From a virus: a stretch of 64,000 bases of DNA. The DNA lies in IMG/VR virus record IMGVR_UViG_3300036766_000317, positions 1-64,000 of that record; one strand, written 5' to 3'. The notes below the pieces were generated by a model that did no database searches, was not told where the DNA came from, and worked only from the letters and a program-made list of their open reading frames with translations. Shown piece after piece: positions 29,612 to 38,573 of the stretch (within the stretch, counting starts at the first letter, position 1; each line of letters begins with the position of its first letter). Position numbers and translations under genes: made by a program.

Positions 29612-29779
29612 ATGAACAAACTTCAGAAATTGGTAGCACAATCGGTAATCGTCGTCCTGTACGGAAACCAGCTTCAAGATGAGAAGTTTGACCAAAGACA
29701 GTTACTTCTCGCCAAAGCAATGTACGAGAAAGAAGTGGACAGACAGTTGAGAAAAGGGTTGGATCTTCGCAATATGTAG
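29612..29779 (+). CDS. hypothetical 55-aa protein
   Basis: AAGGAG RBS, MNKLQKLV... Confidence 0.6.
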   Translation: MNKLQKLVAQSVIVVLYGNQLQDEKFDQRQLLLAKAMYEKEVDRQLRKGLDLRNM

Positions 29780-29834
29780 TTTCAGCGTGGGAAGCAGAAA
29801 TCTTCTGCTTCTCGCGGTGTACCTACACCAATAA
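29775..29834 (+). ncRNA. intergenic structured motif, family 2 (copy C)
   Basis: UGUAG...CAG-[14-bp stem]-GUGU-ACCU-ACACC-AAUAA. Confidence 0.65.
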
Positions 29835-29853
29835 CTATGAGAAAGGAGAGAGT

Positions 29854-30222
29854 ATGGGAAATTCAATAAGATTGCACAAAGAGTTCGGTGTAAATCCGAC
29901 AATCCTAAAATGCTTCCTCTGCGGAGAGGATAAAAATGAAATTGCTCTGTTGGGCGCTTCCTATAAAGGACAAGCCCCTATGCACATGTGCATAGACCAA
30001 ACACCTTGTGACAAGTGTAAGGAATACATGAAACAAGGTGTAATCCTAATCTCCGTGAGAGATGGGGAATCAGGAAGTGATCCTTATCGCACAGGGGGTT
30101 GGTGCGTTGTCAAAAGAGAAGCAATGACCAACATCATTGATGATCCAAAATTGCTTGAGAAAGGAGCGATGTTTGTTCCTGATCCAGTATGGAAACAATT
30201 GGGTCTTCCAAAATTTGTATGA
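29854..30222 (+). CDS. conserved-looking phage hypothetical protein with two CxxC motifs
   Basis: GVNPT...CFLCG...PCDKC. Confidence 0.75.
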   Translation: MGNSIRLHKEFGVNPTILKCFLCGEDKNEIALLGASYKGQAPMHMCIDQTPCDKCKEYMKQGVILISVRDGESGSDPYRTGGWCVVKREAMTNIIDDPKLLEKGAMFVPDPVWKQLGLPKFV

Positions 30223-30286
30223 TTAACCTCAGCTCAGACATGCCAAGAAATTGGTATGTCTGCTGGTGAGATCAATCACCAACTAA
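30220..30286 (+). ncRNA. intergenic structured motif, family 2 (copy D)
   Basis: GAAA-capped stem then CUG-GUGA-GAUCAA-UCACC-AACUAA. Confidence 0.65.
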
Positions 30287-30309
30287 CTAAAGGAGGAAAG
30301 GAGAGTATT

Positions 30310-31077
30310 ATGACATCCAGCGTTCCAAAAGAAGAAATCATCTCGAAAATTATGAAGTTGCTGGCTCTGGGCAGTTCTGAAAAGAACGACAATCCTCATG
30401 AGCGGGAAACTGCTTCAAGGATGGCCGCAAAGCTCATGGCTGAGTGGAGCATCGACTTTGCAGAACTCAGAAGTTCCAAGCCATCAGAGGATGCTTTCGT
30501 CACTTATGAGGTGTCAGGTTCGGAAGACCGAAAAGTGGATTTTGAATCCTCCCTTGCTGGCAGTATTGCAAGGGCTTTCGATTGTAAGATCATCAACACC
30601 TGGACAAAATCATTGGATCATCGGTGGGTTATTGCTTTTGTCGGATCAAAGCATGATCTGGAAATCTCCGTCTATTTCTTCAAACATATTCGGAGAACGA
30701 TGTATGCAATGTCCATTAAAAATGTGACCGTCGAAACAGTGAGGCCCAGAAACGGCAGACGAGCTGCCGGTACAGATGTAAATATGGCTCGGAGAAACTA
30801 CTGCTTCGGTATGGTTGAGACGATCAGCACCCGCATGGAAGACCTCTACAAAAAGCGGGAAGAGTTCATCCCGTCAGATTGCCGAGCCCTCGTCATTGTC
30901 AAGAAACAGGGATTGGAAAAATATTTCAATCAGCAATATCCGAACAGAGTTTCTGGTAGAAGAACTTCTTTACGAGGAGATTTAACAGCATTCGGCAAGG
31001 GGCAGGAAGATGGAAAGCGTGTGAACCTCAGTCGGCCCATTAGCAGTAATAATCAACAATCGGCCCAAATTGGATAA
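30310..31077 (+). CDS. DUF2786 domain protein
   Basis: KIMKLLAL...N.HE...A...A.KLM..W.I; C-terminal A...G...G....L. Confidence 0.8.
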   Translation: MTSSVPKEEIISKIMKLLALGSSEKNDNPHERETASRMAAKLMAEWSIDFAELRSSKPSEDAFVTYEVSGSEDRKVDFESSLAGSIARAFDCKIINTWTKSLDHRWVIAFVGSKHDLEISVYFFKHIRRTMYAMSIKNVTVETVRPRNGRRAAGTDVNMARRNYCFGMVETISTRMEDLYKKREEFIPSDCRALVIVKKQGLEKYFNQQYPNRVSGRRTSLRGDLTAFGKGQEDGKRVNLSRPISSNNQQSAQIG

Positions 31078-31092
31078 AAGGAGGAAAGGAGC

Positions 31093-31236
31093 ATGAAGTC
31101 TTTCAACATTTATTTCAGGGACCTCAATGAAGATGCTCAAAAGAGGTTATTGGAACGGTTTGAAACAACTCCCGAAGAGGAAAATTGGGATACAGATGTG
31201 TTTCCAATAGCAATACTCGATCGGGAAGAGGAGTAA
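31093..31236 (+). CDS. hypothetical 47-aa protein
   Basis: AAGGAG RBS. Confidence 0.6.
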   Translation: MKSFNIYFRDLNEDAQKRLLERFETTPEEENWDTDVFPIAILDREEE

Positions 31237-31327
31237 TTCCAGTTCGGAAATGGGAGCAATTCTGAGAGGTTGAGTGTTAAGCATTCGGTAGGAGTTGTTC
31301 CTGTTTCTTCTGGTGGAATTATCCACC
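31233..31327 (+). ncRNA. intergenic structured motif, family 2 (long copy E)
   Basis: UAAUUCCAG-UU-[long stem]-UU-CUG-GUGGA-AUUA-UCCACC. Confidence 0.65.
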
Positions 31328-31353
31328 TTTACTATAAGAAAAGGAGAAGAGAG

Positions 31354-31533
31354 ATGAAGAATGTTACTATGGAAACGAAAGGTCAGAATTTGGTTCTGAC
31401 GGTCGATCTGTCAAAATCCTTTGGAGCCAGTGCTTCCGGGAAGACGATCATCATCGGAACGACTGAAGGCAATCAGCCCGTTGCCGGACATCCCGGTGTT
31501 AGTGTGGGGGTGAACGTCTACAAAAAGAAGTAG
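31354..31533 (+). CDS. small conserved-looking protein (G.S.SGKT..I.TT.GN)
   Basis: AAGGAG RBS before ATG 31354. Confidence 0.75.
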   Translation: MKNVTMETKGQNLVLTVDLSKSFGASASGKTIIIGTTEGNQPVAGHPGVSVGVNVYKKK

Positions 31534-31589
31534 GCAGAGGGCTCCCGCTTCGGCGGGAGTAATGCACAATCTCGGTCCCAAGTCCGAGA
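31534..31589 (+). ncRNA. twister ribozyme, permuted (copy 3)
   Basis: GCA-GAGGG-[CUCCCGC UUCG GCGGGAG]-UAA-UGC-AC-AAU-CUCGG-UCCCAAGU-CCGAG. Confidence 0.92.
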
Positions 31590-31607
31590 AATTAGAAAGG
31601 AGAAAGT

Positions 31608-31811
31608 ATGGGATATGCAATGATGGTAAGCGAATGTGGAGCATGTCACCAGATATTTTGCTACAATCCCCATCTGGTGCCCAGTCTAAACAATGTTCCT
31701 TTTTGTAAACGGTGTGTCGATGCTTCAGCACCTGAAAGAATCAAAAGGGGATTGGTTCCAATCAAATATTCAGAAGAAGCATACAAACCGATGGACGAAT
31801 GTGAACTTTAA
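31608..31811 (+). CDS. small Zn-finger-like protein
   Basis: CGAC and CKRC; RBS. Confidence 0.7.
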   Translation: MGYAMMVSECGACHQIFCYNPHLVPSLNNVPFCKRCVDASAPERIKRGLVPIKYSEEAYKPMDECEL

Positions 31812-31962
31812 ATTTGAAAGGAGAAATCTCTATGAAACCGTTATACTGTACGCAAAACAAAGGCAAGTGCGAAACTTGCTCCCTTACCAACTATGGTCGG
31901 GATTGTCGGAATGTTCCGATAGCTATAAATCGGAAAAAGGCAAAGCCTGAGAAGTAACTTTG

Positions 31963-32018
31963 GCAGAGGGCTCCGTCAGAACTGACGGAGTAATGCACAA
32001 TTCCGGTCCCAAGTCCGG
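31963..32018 (+). ncRNA. twister ribozyme, permuted (copy 4)
   Basis: GCA-GAGGG-[CUCCGUCAG..CUGACGGAG]-UAA-UGC-AC...CCGG-UCCCAAGU-CCGG. Confidence 0.92.
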
Positions 32019-32051
32019 TTTGTAGCTAAAACAAAAGGAGGAAAGAGAGAT

Positions 32052-32963
32052 ATGAGTGAAACAATGGAAGGGTTGGCCTATGAGCTAACATCCGCAGAGC
32101 GGAAAGATGTTCGTGATCGTTATCCGAAGACCTACTTCCCAAGTCCGGTCTTAGAACCGGTGTGGGCAGGTCGTCGGGAACTCCGCAGAATTCCAGACAA
32201 GTTTGCCATTGTCGATCAATGTCGTCCAGGACCCTTAGACGCATCGAATCAGGTATTCGGGATCTGTTCGGATCAGTACAAAATCGTTCCCTTTGAAGAC
32301 GTGGTGCATATGGTAGAAAATTCAGTCGGAAAATTGACTGAATACGGGAAGGTTCAAATCTGCCCGCACACCTATCTTGACGGAGCCAGATTAAACATTG
32401 GCATCAAATTTCCTGAGATGAAACATGAAATCAGGAAACTCGATTCCATTATTCCGAAAGTAGAGGTGTTTTCCTCTTATGACCTATCAACAAAGTTGAT
32501 GGGTCGTTTCGGAGCATTCCAGCTTAAATGCCTGAATGGGGCGGGTATCTGGAAGTCCTTCAAGAGCTTTGCAAAAAGGCATCTCCAGAATCTGTTTCTG
32601 AATGAACTCGGAAACAACATCAGTGAAGGTATGGCTCTTTTCGGGGAACAGGTTGATTCGTGGAAAAAGTGGACTGAACTGAAGTTAGACCAGAAACTCT
32701 ACGATACTGTTTGGGATGAACTCCCTTTCTCTGCTGCGGAACGTATCAAGATCGAAGCATTACCCGAAATCGGTACGAATCTTCAGTTGGGTCAAGCGAT
32801 CAAAGGAAATTCCCTTGATCTTTGGAGCCTTTCATCGGTATTGACACAATTCGCTACCCATGGTGTCAAAAGCGAATTGCGCCGTATCGAACTGGAACCG
32901 GCAATCGCAAGAGTGATGGACCTCACTTTCGACCGAGCCGCTGTTGCGGGACTCGTGCACTAA
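32052..32963 (+). CDS. DUF932/DUF945-family protein
   Basis: GICSDQYKIV, SYDLS, F...CLNG, KRH motifs. Confidence 0.75.
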   Translation: MSETMEGLAYELTSAERKDVRDRYPKTYFPSPVLEPVWAGRRELRRIPDKFAIVDQCRPGPLDASNQVFGICSDQYKIVPFEDVVHMVENSVGKLTEYGKVQICPHTYLDGARLNIGIKFPEMKHEIRKLDSIIPKVEVFSSYDLSTKLMGRFGAFQLKCLNGAGIWKSFKSFAKRHLQNLFLNELGNNISEGMALFGEQVDSWKKWTELKLDQKLYDTVWDELPFSAAERIKIEALPEIGTNLQLGQAIKGNSLDLWSLSSVLTQFATHGVKSELRRIELEPAIARVMDLTFDRAAVAGLVH

Positions 32964-32996
32964 GAAACAACGAACTGAGCCAGAAAGGAGGTACTT

Positions 32997-33233
32997 GTGG
33001 AGAATGCTTCTATAAAAATGTTAACCGTTGATGATTGTAATCTCCGAATGACTGAGCTAACAAAAGAGTTGGAAGAAGCAATTGAGAAATTGGGCCATTG
33101 TGAAGCTGTGGATTTGCTTGCGGCTAAGATTGCTGTTTGGGAAAGAGTCCGGCATCATTTGGTAAGAGGACAAATCATCACAATTGATGGGGAAGAAAAA
33201 CTGAAGATGTGGGAAAACGTTTTATCGGCATAA
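32997..33233 (+). CDS. hypothetical protein
   Basis: AGGAGG RBS, GTG start. Confidence 0.65.
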   Translation: MENASIKMLTVDDCNLRMTELTKELEEAIEKLGHCEAVDLLAAKIAVWERVRHHLVRGQIITIDGEEKLKMWENVLSA

Positions 33234-33235
33234 CC

Positions 33236-33298
33236 GCAGAGGGCGGACAGTCAGAAATTGGCTGTCCGTAATGCACTATCTGAGTCCCAAGTCTCAGA
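33236..33298 (+). ncRNA. twister ribozyme, permuted (copy 5)
   Basis: GCA-GAGGG-[GAAA-capped P1]-UAA-UGC-AC...UCUGAG-UCCCAAGU-CUCAGA. Confidence 0.92.
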
Positions 33299-33321
33299 AA
33301 TTCTATTAAAGGAGGAAAGGG

Positions 33322-33582
33322 ATGGAACCGATTCAAGACAATTTCTTCAAGAGGTTTCGGAAGAAGGTGGAAGGTATCTTCTACCGAACTCGCGGAAATA
33401 AAGGGACTGCCGATCTTGATCCGATCATTCGGATCGGTCGTCACCATGGTGGGGGTGCTCGTCTTTCTGCTATTTCTTTTGGCGAAAAGAAAGCGTCTCC
33501 CACACTCCGAAAGTACCGACAGCACAGAGATCGAGTAAACAAATTGGGAGCGATCTCCCGCAGGAAGAACCGCATTAATTAG
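33322..33582 (+). CDS. Arg/Lys-rich small protein
   Basis: AGGAGG RBS; flanked by twister copies 5 and 6. Confidence 0.7.
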   Translation: MEPIQDNFFKRFRKKVEGIFYRTRGNKGTADLDPIIRIGRHHGGGARLSAISFGEKKASPTLRKYRQHRDRVNKLGAISRRKNRIN

Positions 33583-33640
33583 CAGAGGGCAGGGCCTATT
33601 GAGGCCCTGTAATGCTACATAGCCAGTCCCAAGTCTGGTT
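33580..33640 (+). ncRNA. twister ribozyme, permuted (copy 6)
   Basis: AGCA-GAGGG-[CAGGGCCU..AGGCCCUG]-UAA-UGCU-AC...AGCCAG-UCCCAAGU-CUGGUU. Confidence 0.9.
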
Positions 33641-33666
33641 AAACTAAAGAGAAAGGAGAGAGTATT

Positions 33667-34786
33667 ATGATTACCAAAGAGGATGCTTTGAAGCTGAAAT
33701 ATCGGGATGAACTGCATTTCGGAGAATGTAGAAAGAAGGTCTCTCCCAGAGGCGGTGTAAAAATTACCAATACCATCGTCCGAGTAAACGGGAAAGTCAA
33801 AACGTGGAAACAGAATCTGAGTAGGTTTGAAGTTCCGATCAAACATGGACTATACGATCATAGTTATGTTGATGAGCGGAATGCTCATGATTTCCATCTC
33901 CCGAAAGACTGCCCGTTACTGAAGGAGTAAATTTATGCACCTACTTCATGAGACTACAGTCAAGAATACAGATGGAACTTATGAAATCACCGTCTACATC
34001 GTCGAAGATGGAAAACGAAGAGGTCCTTACACTTATCTGATTCCATCGGATAAAGAAGTCAGGGACTTCCTTGCTCTGTATCAAAAAGGAAAAAGAGATG
34101 GGTCAAGATTTCATGGGAAAGCCCTATCCCTTCTTAACAAACACCGAACCAGGTTAATCAGAAAATAGGAGGAAAGAGAGCATGAAAAAATCGCAGGTGG
34201 CATTGGCTAACATGATTCGTATAGCCAAAGCATACGGTAATACACATACGGTAGAGATGGAACAAGCTGAGAAAGCCCTTGCTGAACTTTTGACTGAAAA
34301 AGGTCATTCAGTAAGTGATTGGAAATGTGTTCAATGTGATCAGGATCAGTGGGGGAAAGATGTAACCCTCTCGTCTGTCGCAGACGGAGGTGTTCCCATC
34401 TGTCCCTATTGCGAGAACGATATGATCTTGGTTGAAGAAAGATGGGTGGAGGTGGAGCCATGAAGAAGGAATACACCGATGTCAAACTCAAGATGACCCG
34501 TCGCAAGCTGATTGCCCTCGACAAAAAGGATATAGGGAAATGGACACATCAGGAATGTGTTGAGGCAGATCGGCTTATCCAAAACACAGCCATTCGGAAT
34601 CTGAGGAAGAAATTATCCTTCTTCCAGGGAGGAACAGGAAGACTTGTTTCCAACTATGCCATACTGATGGCTCAGTTCCACTACGGATCGGCAGAAACAG
34701 ACGACTTCCTTACAGCAATGGGCTGTTATGAGGATTGGATGTTCTCCGAGGAGCAGAACAAGAAACGGCATTCCAAAAAGTCTTAA
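33667..34786 (+). other. four consecutive small hypothetical ORFs (33667-33930, 33935-34168, 34182-34463, ~34460-34786)
   Basis: tight packing with RBSs; 33667 has RVNGKVKTWK....F.VP.KHGLY; 34182 has two CxxC. Confidence 0.7.
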
Positions 34787-34848
34787 AGTCAGCAGATTGA
34801 GCGGGAACCATTTCCCGCTCTTTCTGGTGTTTTTAAGACACCAATAAA
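34780..34848 (+). ncRNA. intergenic structured motif, family 2 (copy F)
   Basis: CUUAAAG-UCAG-CAGA-UU-[GAGCGGGAA..UUCCCGCUC]-UU-UCUG-GUGU-UUUUAAG-ACACC-AAUAA. Confidence 0.75.
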
Positions 34849-34867
34849 CCAAAGGAGGAAAGAAAGT

Positions 34868-35350
34868 ATGAAGAAAACTTGTGATATTTGCAAGACCTAT
34901 TGGAGAGTTCGGAATGAAAAGAAGACCGAACATCCGTGCCATCCCTATCAGAACCCGATGGAAAAAGTCTGTCAGGATTTTGAGATGGAATGGACTCAAG
35001 AAGCCTGTCTAAGAAAATATCCGAGAGTGGTGGCCCATCTGATCTGTGCCAGTCTCGGCTATTTTACACCTCAATCAGCAGCAAATGCCATTTCGTTTTA
35101 CAAACACGGAAAGGCGTTTTTCTGCGAGTGGTATTCCCATATGACCAAATATTCTCGGGATAACTACAAGGGTGACTATTTTGATGAAGTCATCTGTAAA
35201 CGGGTTGGGGAAGAAACTCTGAGATTGGCATTTGTAGGTCGTCATTCCCATCATGGCTATATGACCGAGATTAAGCAAGCCCGACATCTTGTGGCCGCAG
35301 AATTGAAAACTTCGGGAGCTACATCGGGAATGCTTGCATCTTGGTTTTAG
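34868..35350 (+). CDS. hypothetical protein with Cys/His-rich N-terminus
   Basis: AGGAGG RBS. Confidence 0.7.
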   Translation: MKKTCDICKTYWRVRNEKKTEHPCHPYQNPMEKVCQDFEMEWTQEACLRKYPRVVAHLICASLGYFTPQSAANAISFYKHGKAFFCEWYSHMTKYSRDNYKGDYFDEVICKRVGEETLRLAFVGRHSHHGYMTEIKQARHLVAAELKTSGATSGMLASWF

Positions 35351-35412
35351 GCTGAATATAGCGGGTTGGGCAGGAAGCGTCCTGCTCTTCCTGGTGCATT
35401 CAGTACCAAATA
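35351..35412 (+). ncRNA. intergenic structured motif, family 2 (copy G)
   Basis: UGAAU-AUAG-CGGG-UU-[GGGCAGGA..UCCUGCUC]-UU-CCUG-GUGC-AUUCA-GUACC-AAAUAA. Confidence 0.75.
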
Positions 35413-35431
35413 AAGAGAGAAAGGAGAGGGT

Positions 35432-35761
35432 ATGAAAACAGTAGATATTATGGAACGTCTGAAAATTCCAGAATGGAAGGCGAAGGTTGTCAATGTGCTT
35501 ACCAAAGAACACGCCTCATCCCATTCCGATGTTGACGACATCCTCGGAATTATTGAAACCCTTCTTGAAGGGTACGGGGTAGAACCACTCAGGGGAGATC
35601 ATGTTGATAATTACTATATGGATATCAACATCCTCTACATTAATTTGGGGGACACATACACACCCACCGTTCTGTATGATACACTCCTAAACAGATTCTT
35701 TATCTGTTCGTGGGGTGATTATATTGAATCCAAACCGAAACGATTTCCGATGAATGCTTGA
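35432..35761 (+). CDS. hypothetical protein (GYGVE...Y.N.GDTY..T...F....WGD..E)
   Basis: RBS; motif-like pattern. Confidence 0.75.
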   Translation: MKTVDIMERLKIPEWKAKVVNVLTKEHASSHSDVDDILGIIETLLEGYGVEPLRGDHVDNYYMDINILYINLGDTYTPTVLYDTLLNRFFICSWGDYIESKPKRFPMNA

Positions 35762-35818
35762 GAATAGCAGATTGGACGGGAATTTCCCGTCCTTTCTGGT
35801 GTGCTTAAACACCAATAA
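35757..35818 (+). ncRNA. intergenic structured motif, family 2 (copy H)
   Basis: UUGAG-AAUAG-CAGA-UU-[GGACGGGA..UCCCGUCC]-UU-UCUG-GUGU-GCUUAA-ACACC-AAUAA. Confidence 0.75.
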
Positions 35819-35833
35819 AAAGAAAGGAGAGGG

Positions 35834-36420
35834 TATGGACAGAAAAATGTCGAGTGATCTGGATAACTACATTACCGGACATTACGGGGAAGATCAGTTC
35901 AAAAGACCTCGGAAAAAAGATAAAAAGGGGAAGGAATCATTGGTCCATGAATTAGAACACCAGATGAAGAACCTTAACGTCAGTCAGATGTTGGAATTAG
36001 TCAAGAGATCGGGAAATACGGAAAAACGCAGATTCCGATTAAAAGGCCCTACGGGCAGTTTAGATGGAACTATCCATGATGCCGATTTCGGTATCTTGAC
36101 TATTGACGAAGTACCAGAGTTCTTTCTGGCAAAAGATTTCTTGTTGGCCAATGACGTAGTTTGGGAACTCATTAACTAAACAGAGAAAGGAGATTAGCAT
36201 GGAAGAGCCAATCAAAATTCCAGAGAAGGACAAATTTGTCCGAAATTGTCCGGGTCCCAGATATAAAGTAATTTCAGGTCCTGGAGGGCATTACGTCTAT
36301 GATTACAAGTCTCTGGACGTGGTGAGGAAAGACGGGAAATTCTTTATGGGCAAAGAACCGTCGGAAGCCAGAGAGTTCCTTCAATCTCTAAATGAAGAAG
36401 CTCCCCTTATAGAAAGGTAA
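35834..36420 (+). other. two small hypothetical ORFs (35834-36179, 36199-36420)
   Basis: AAGGAG RBSs. Confidence 0.65.
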
Positions 36421-36569
36421 GGATGGTAATCTATGAAATGTGACCACTGCAATATCGAATTGAAAAAACGCAAGACCCCTCCAAGAACCGCGACAATTGA
36501 CGGGGGAAAGTATTATGACTATTTTCAATGCCCAAAATGCAAAACGAATTATGCCAAAGCCAAAAAGTA

Positions 36570-36623
36570 GCAGAGGACGCTGCTTCGGCAGCGTAATGCA
36601 CAAATCCAGTCCCAAGTCTGGAT
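36570..36623 (+). ncRNA. twister ribozyme, permuted (copy 7)
   Basis: GCA-GAGGA-[CGCUGC UUCG GCAGCG]-UAA-UGC-AC...AUCCAG-UCCCAAGU-CUGGAU. Confidence 0.88.
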
Positions 36624-36648
36624 AAAATAAGAAAAGGAGGAAAGAGCT

Positions 36649-37104
36649 ATGCCAAAAAACGTAAGAAATTTCTGGATCGAAGCAGATGTCGATGGGGGAA
36701 CTCCCATCGGAGCAGGCCCTAAATCCAAAGATGGAGGATTTTCTCTGTCCATCTTCATGCGAGACAAAGGATTCGTCAAGAGGGTCGCCAACATCTCAGG
36801 AGTCGGGGGAAGTGAATTGAAATTATCAATTCATACGGAAGATGGTAAATATTTACAGTATACTACACAAAGGTAACAGATGAAAAAGGAGGAAAGAGCT
36901 ATGCCAATCGAAACAGATTTCACCAATTTGCTCAAGCATATCGATGATGCTTCTGATGGATTGGAACAAAAGGTCGAATCGACGGAAGAGGAGTTGGACA
37001 CTTTGAATACTCTCCTTACGAGAAAAAAAGAGCTTGTCGATAAAATCAACTCCCTCGCCGAAGAGATTGAGGACTTCCTCAACGACGCCAATTCCCTCAT
37101 CTGA
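36649..37104 (+). other. two small ORFs (36649-36876; acidic coiled-coil 36901-37104) with identical 24-nt RBS/start blocks
   Basis: AAAAGGAGGAAAGAGCTATGCCAA precedes both. Confidence 0.7.
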
Positions 37105-37106
37105 AT

Positions 37107-37161
37107 GCAGAGGACAGCCTCAACAGAGGCTGTAATGGACATCTCGGTTCCAAGTCCGAGA
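37107..37161 (+). ncRNA. twister ribozyme, permuted (copy 8)
   Basis: GCA-GAGGA-[CAGCCUC..GAGGCUG]-UAA-UGG-AC..CUCGG-UUCCAAGU-CCGAG; GGA/UCC covariation, one P2 mismatch. Confidence 0.8.
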
Positions 37162-37186
37162 AATAAATTAAAGGAGGGAAGAGAGT

Positions 37187-37892
37187 ATGCACAAAAGACC
37201 CACACCAAATCAAGAGAGGTCTTTCCGTCACTTCTTCGGAAAATCTACCAGTGTTTACTGGAATCCTTTATTTGGATTTGATATCGTTCAATTTGATGCC
37301 GACATGCAGTCCGAACAAGGATACGTTGAGGATGGAAAAACAAGCCTTCGGGAATTTCTCGTCCAGAAATTCGGTCAAGAGGCTTCGGATCTAGTAAACT
37401 CTTTAATAGGAGGTGTTTAATGGAAAAGAAAACAGTTGTGATTTTCCGAAAGTTCCCGGAGGGGGATATTATAGCCATGTTCCCCGAAATTCAGGCGGAT
37501 CAAAATCGTTGTGATTGTCTGAGCTATCAGCATATCGGCCAGCATGGTCCTGCTTCATATTTTCTGGTAGACCGAACGAAATTAGCTATTGCTGCTGAAT
37601 ATGCAGAGCTGAAAGCGGAGCTTGAATCAATCGGCTATGATCTGATAATCCGAAAACGGATCAACAAGCATTGGTATGAGGTAAAGGAGGGGTAAATATG
37701 CGTTCATGGAGGTGGTATATACACTTTCCACAAGATGCGTATGCTTTAGGACCAATTCATTTTGAAAAGAGGGATTACACAAAGCCTCCTAATGAAAGGG
37801 ATGTCCGACAGTATGCGAGAGAGTGGGAGGGTGTGAAACGATTGCCGACGGGGTTTTCTTGTTGGTCTGCTGAGTATTGGTCTGCTGAGTAA
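37187..37892 (+). other. three small hypothetical ORFs (37187-37420, 37420-37695, 37698-37892)
   Basis: RBSs and tight coupling; 37420 has VIFRKF...A.FP...Y.H.GQH...EY..L..EL..IGY. Confidence 0.7.
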
Positions 37893-38087
37893 AGGAGGAA
37901 GTATGAAACTGACTGAGTTTGAATGGCATCTGAAAAAGATTGCCGAATCAACCTTGAAAATGCCTGATACTATGGTAAAGATCATAGGCGGGATGACAAA
38001 AGATGAGGCTAAAGAAATTCTGGGTAAATTAGGCAAAAAAGAATTGGAAGAGGATGTAGAAAAGATATAATCCACCTAAAATAGTGC

Positions 38088-38116
38088 TTGACATATCAAT
38101 ATGTTTTTGATATACT
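38088..38116 (+). promoter_or_regulatory. sigma70-type promoter for regulatory/replication genes
   Basis: TTGACA-N17-TATACT. Confidence 0.8.
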
Positions 38117-38147
38117 AAAATCCAAGTAGAAAAAGGAGAAGGAGTGT

Positions 38148-38573
38148 ATGGAAATTCAAAGTTCCCTTTTTGAATCAACACAGCAGGAGGGGGGATTTGT
38201 GCCCTCTCGCAAAAGAATTGGGCCGAGACCTATGGTCTTAAAATCGATGGAGATTTTAACCAAAAATGTTCCCGATATCCCACATAAAGAGGAAGTTGAT
38301 CGTCTTATGCAAGCAACAATCAATCGTATGTACATCCCCAGATCCGAATATCTTGAGTATATAGAAGTTTCCAAACTTCTCATTACGGCTTCCGAAAAAT
38401 TTCGGATGACTATTTCAAATGTGGTAGACGGGGCTTTAGAACTCATGAGAAAATTGCCGAATCTATATAGCAACCAAGCTATCTTCATGTCGTTGGAAGA
38501 GCCGATTTATGGATTTGCAATCAAGAAATCCATAGCAAATACAGTTGTAAGGAGAATGATATGCCGAAAATAA
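38148..38573 (+). CDS. hypothetical protein
   Basis: AAGGAG RBS. Confidence 0.65.
   Translation: MEIQSSLFESTQQEGGFVPSRKRIGPRPMVLKSMEILTKNVPDIPHKEEVDRLMQATINRMYIPRSEYLEYIEVSKLLITASEKFRMTISNVVDGALELMRKLPNLYSNQAIFMSLEEPIYGFAIKKSIANTVVRRMICRK

Noticed and set aside
27782-35818. Intergenic hairpins as integron attC sites
   Set aside because: No RYYYAAC/GTTRRRY ends and no integrase; G-U pairs and GAAA loops indicate RNA rather than ssDNA folding.
28540-35818. Motif family 2 as pistol, hammerhead or plain terminators
   Set aside because: No pistol P2 element, no CUGANGA/GAAA core, and the hairpins are followed by A-rich rather than U-rich tails.
27335-37161. Dispersed repeats as a CRISPR or mini-CRISPR array
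   Set aside because: Repeats are separated by whole genes, have variable covarying stems and match twister elements; no cas genes in the window.
37862-37891. 15-bp tandem duplication at the end of a small ORF
   Set aside because: Simple slippage with no evident function.
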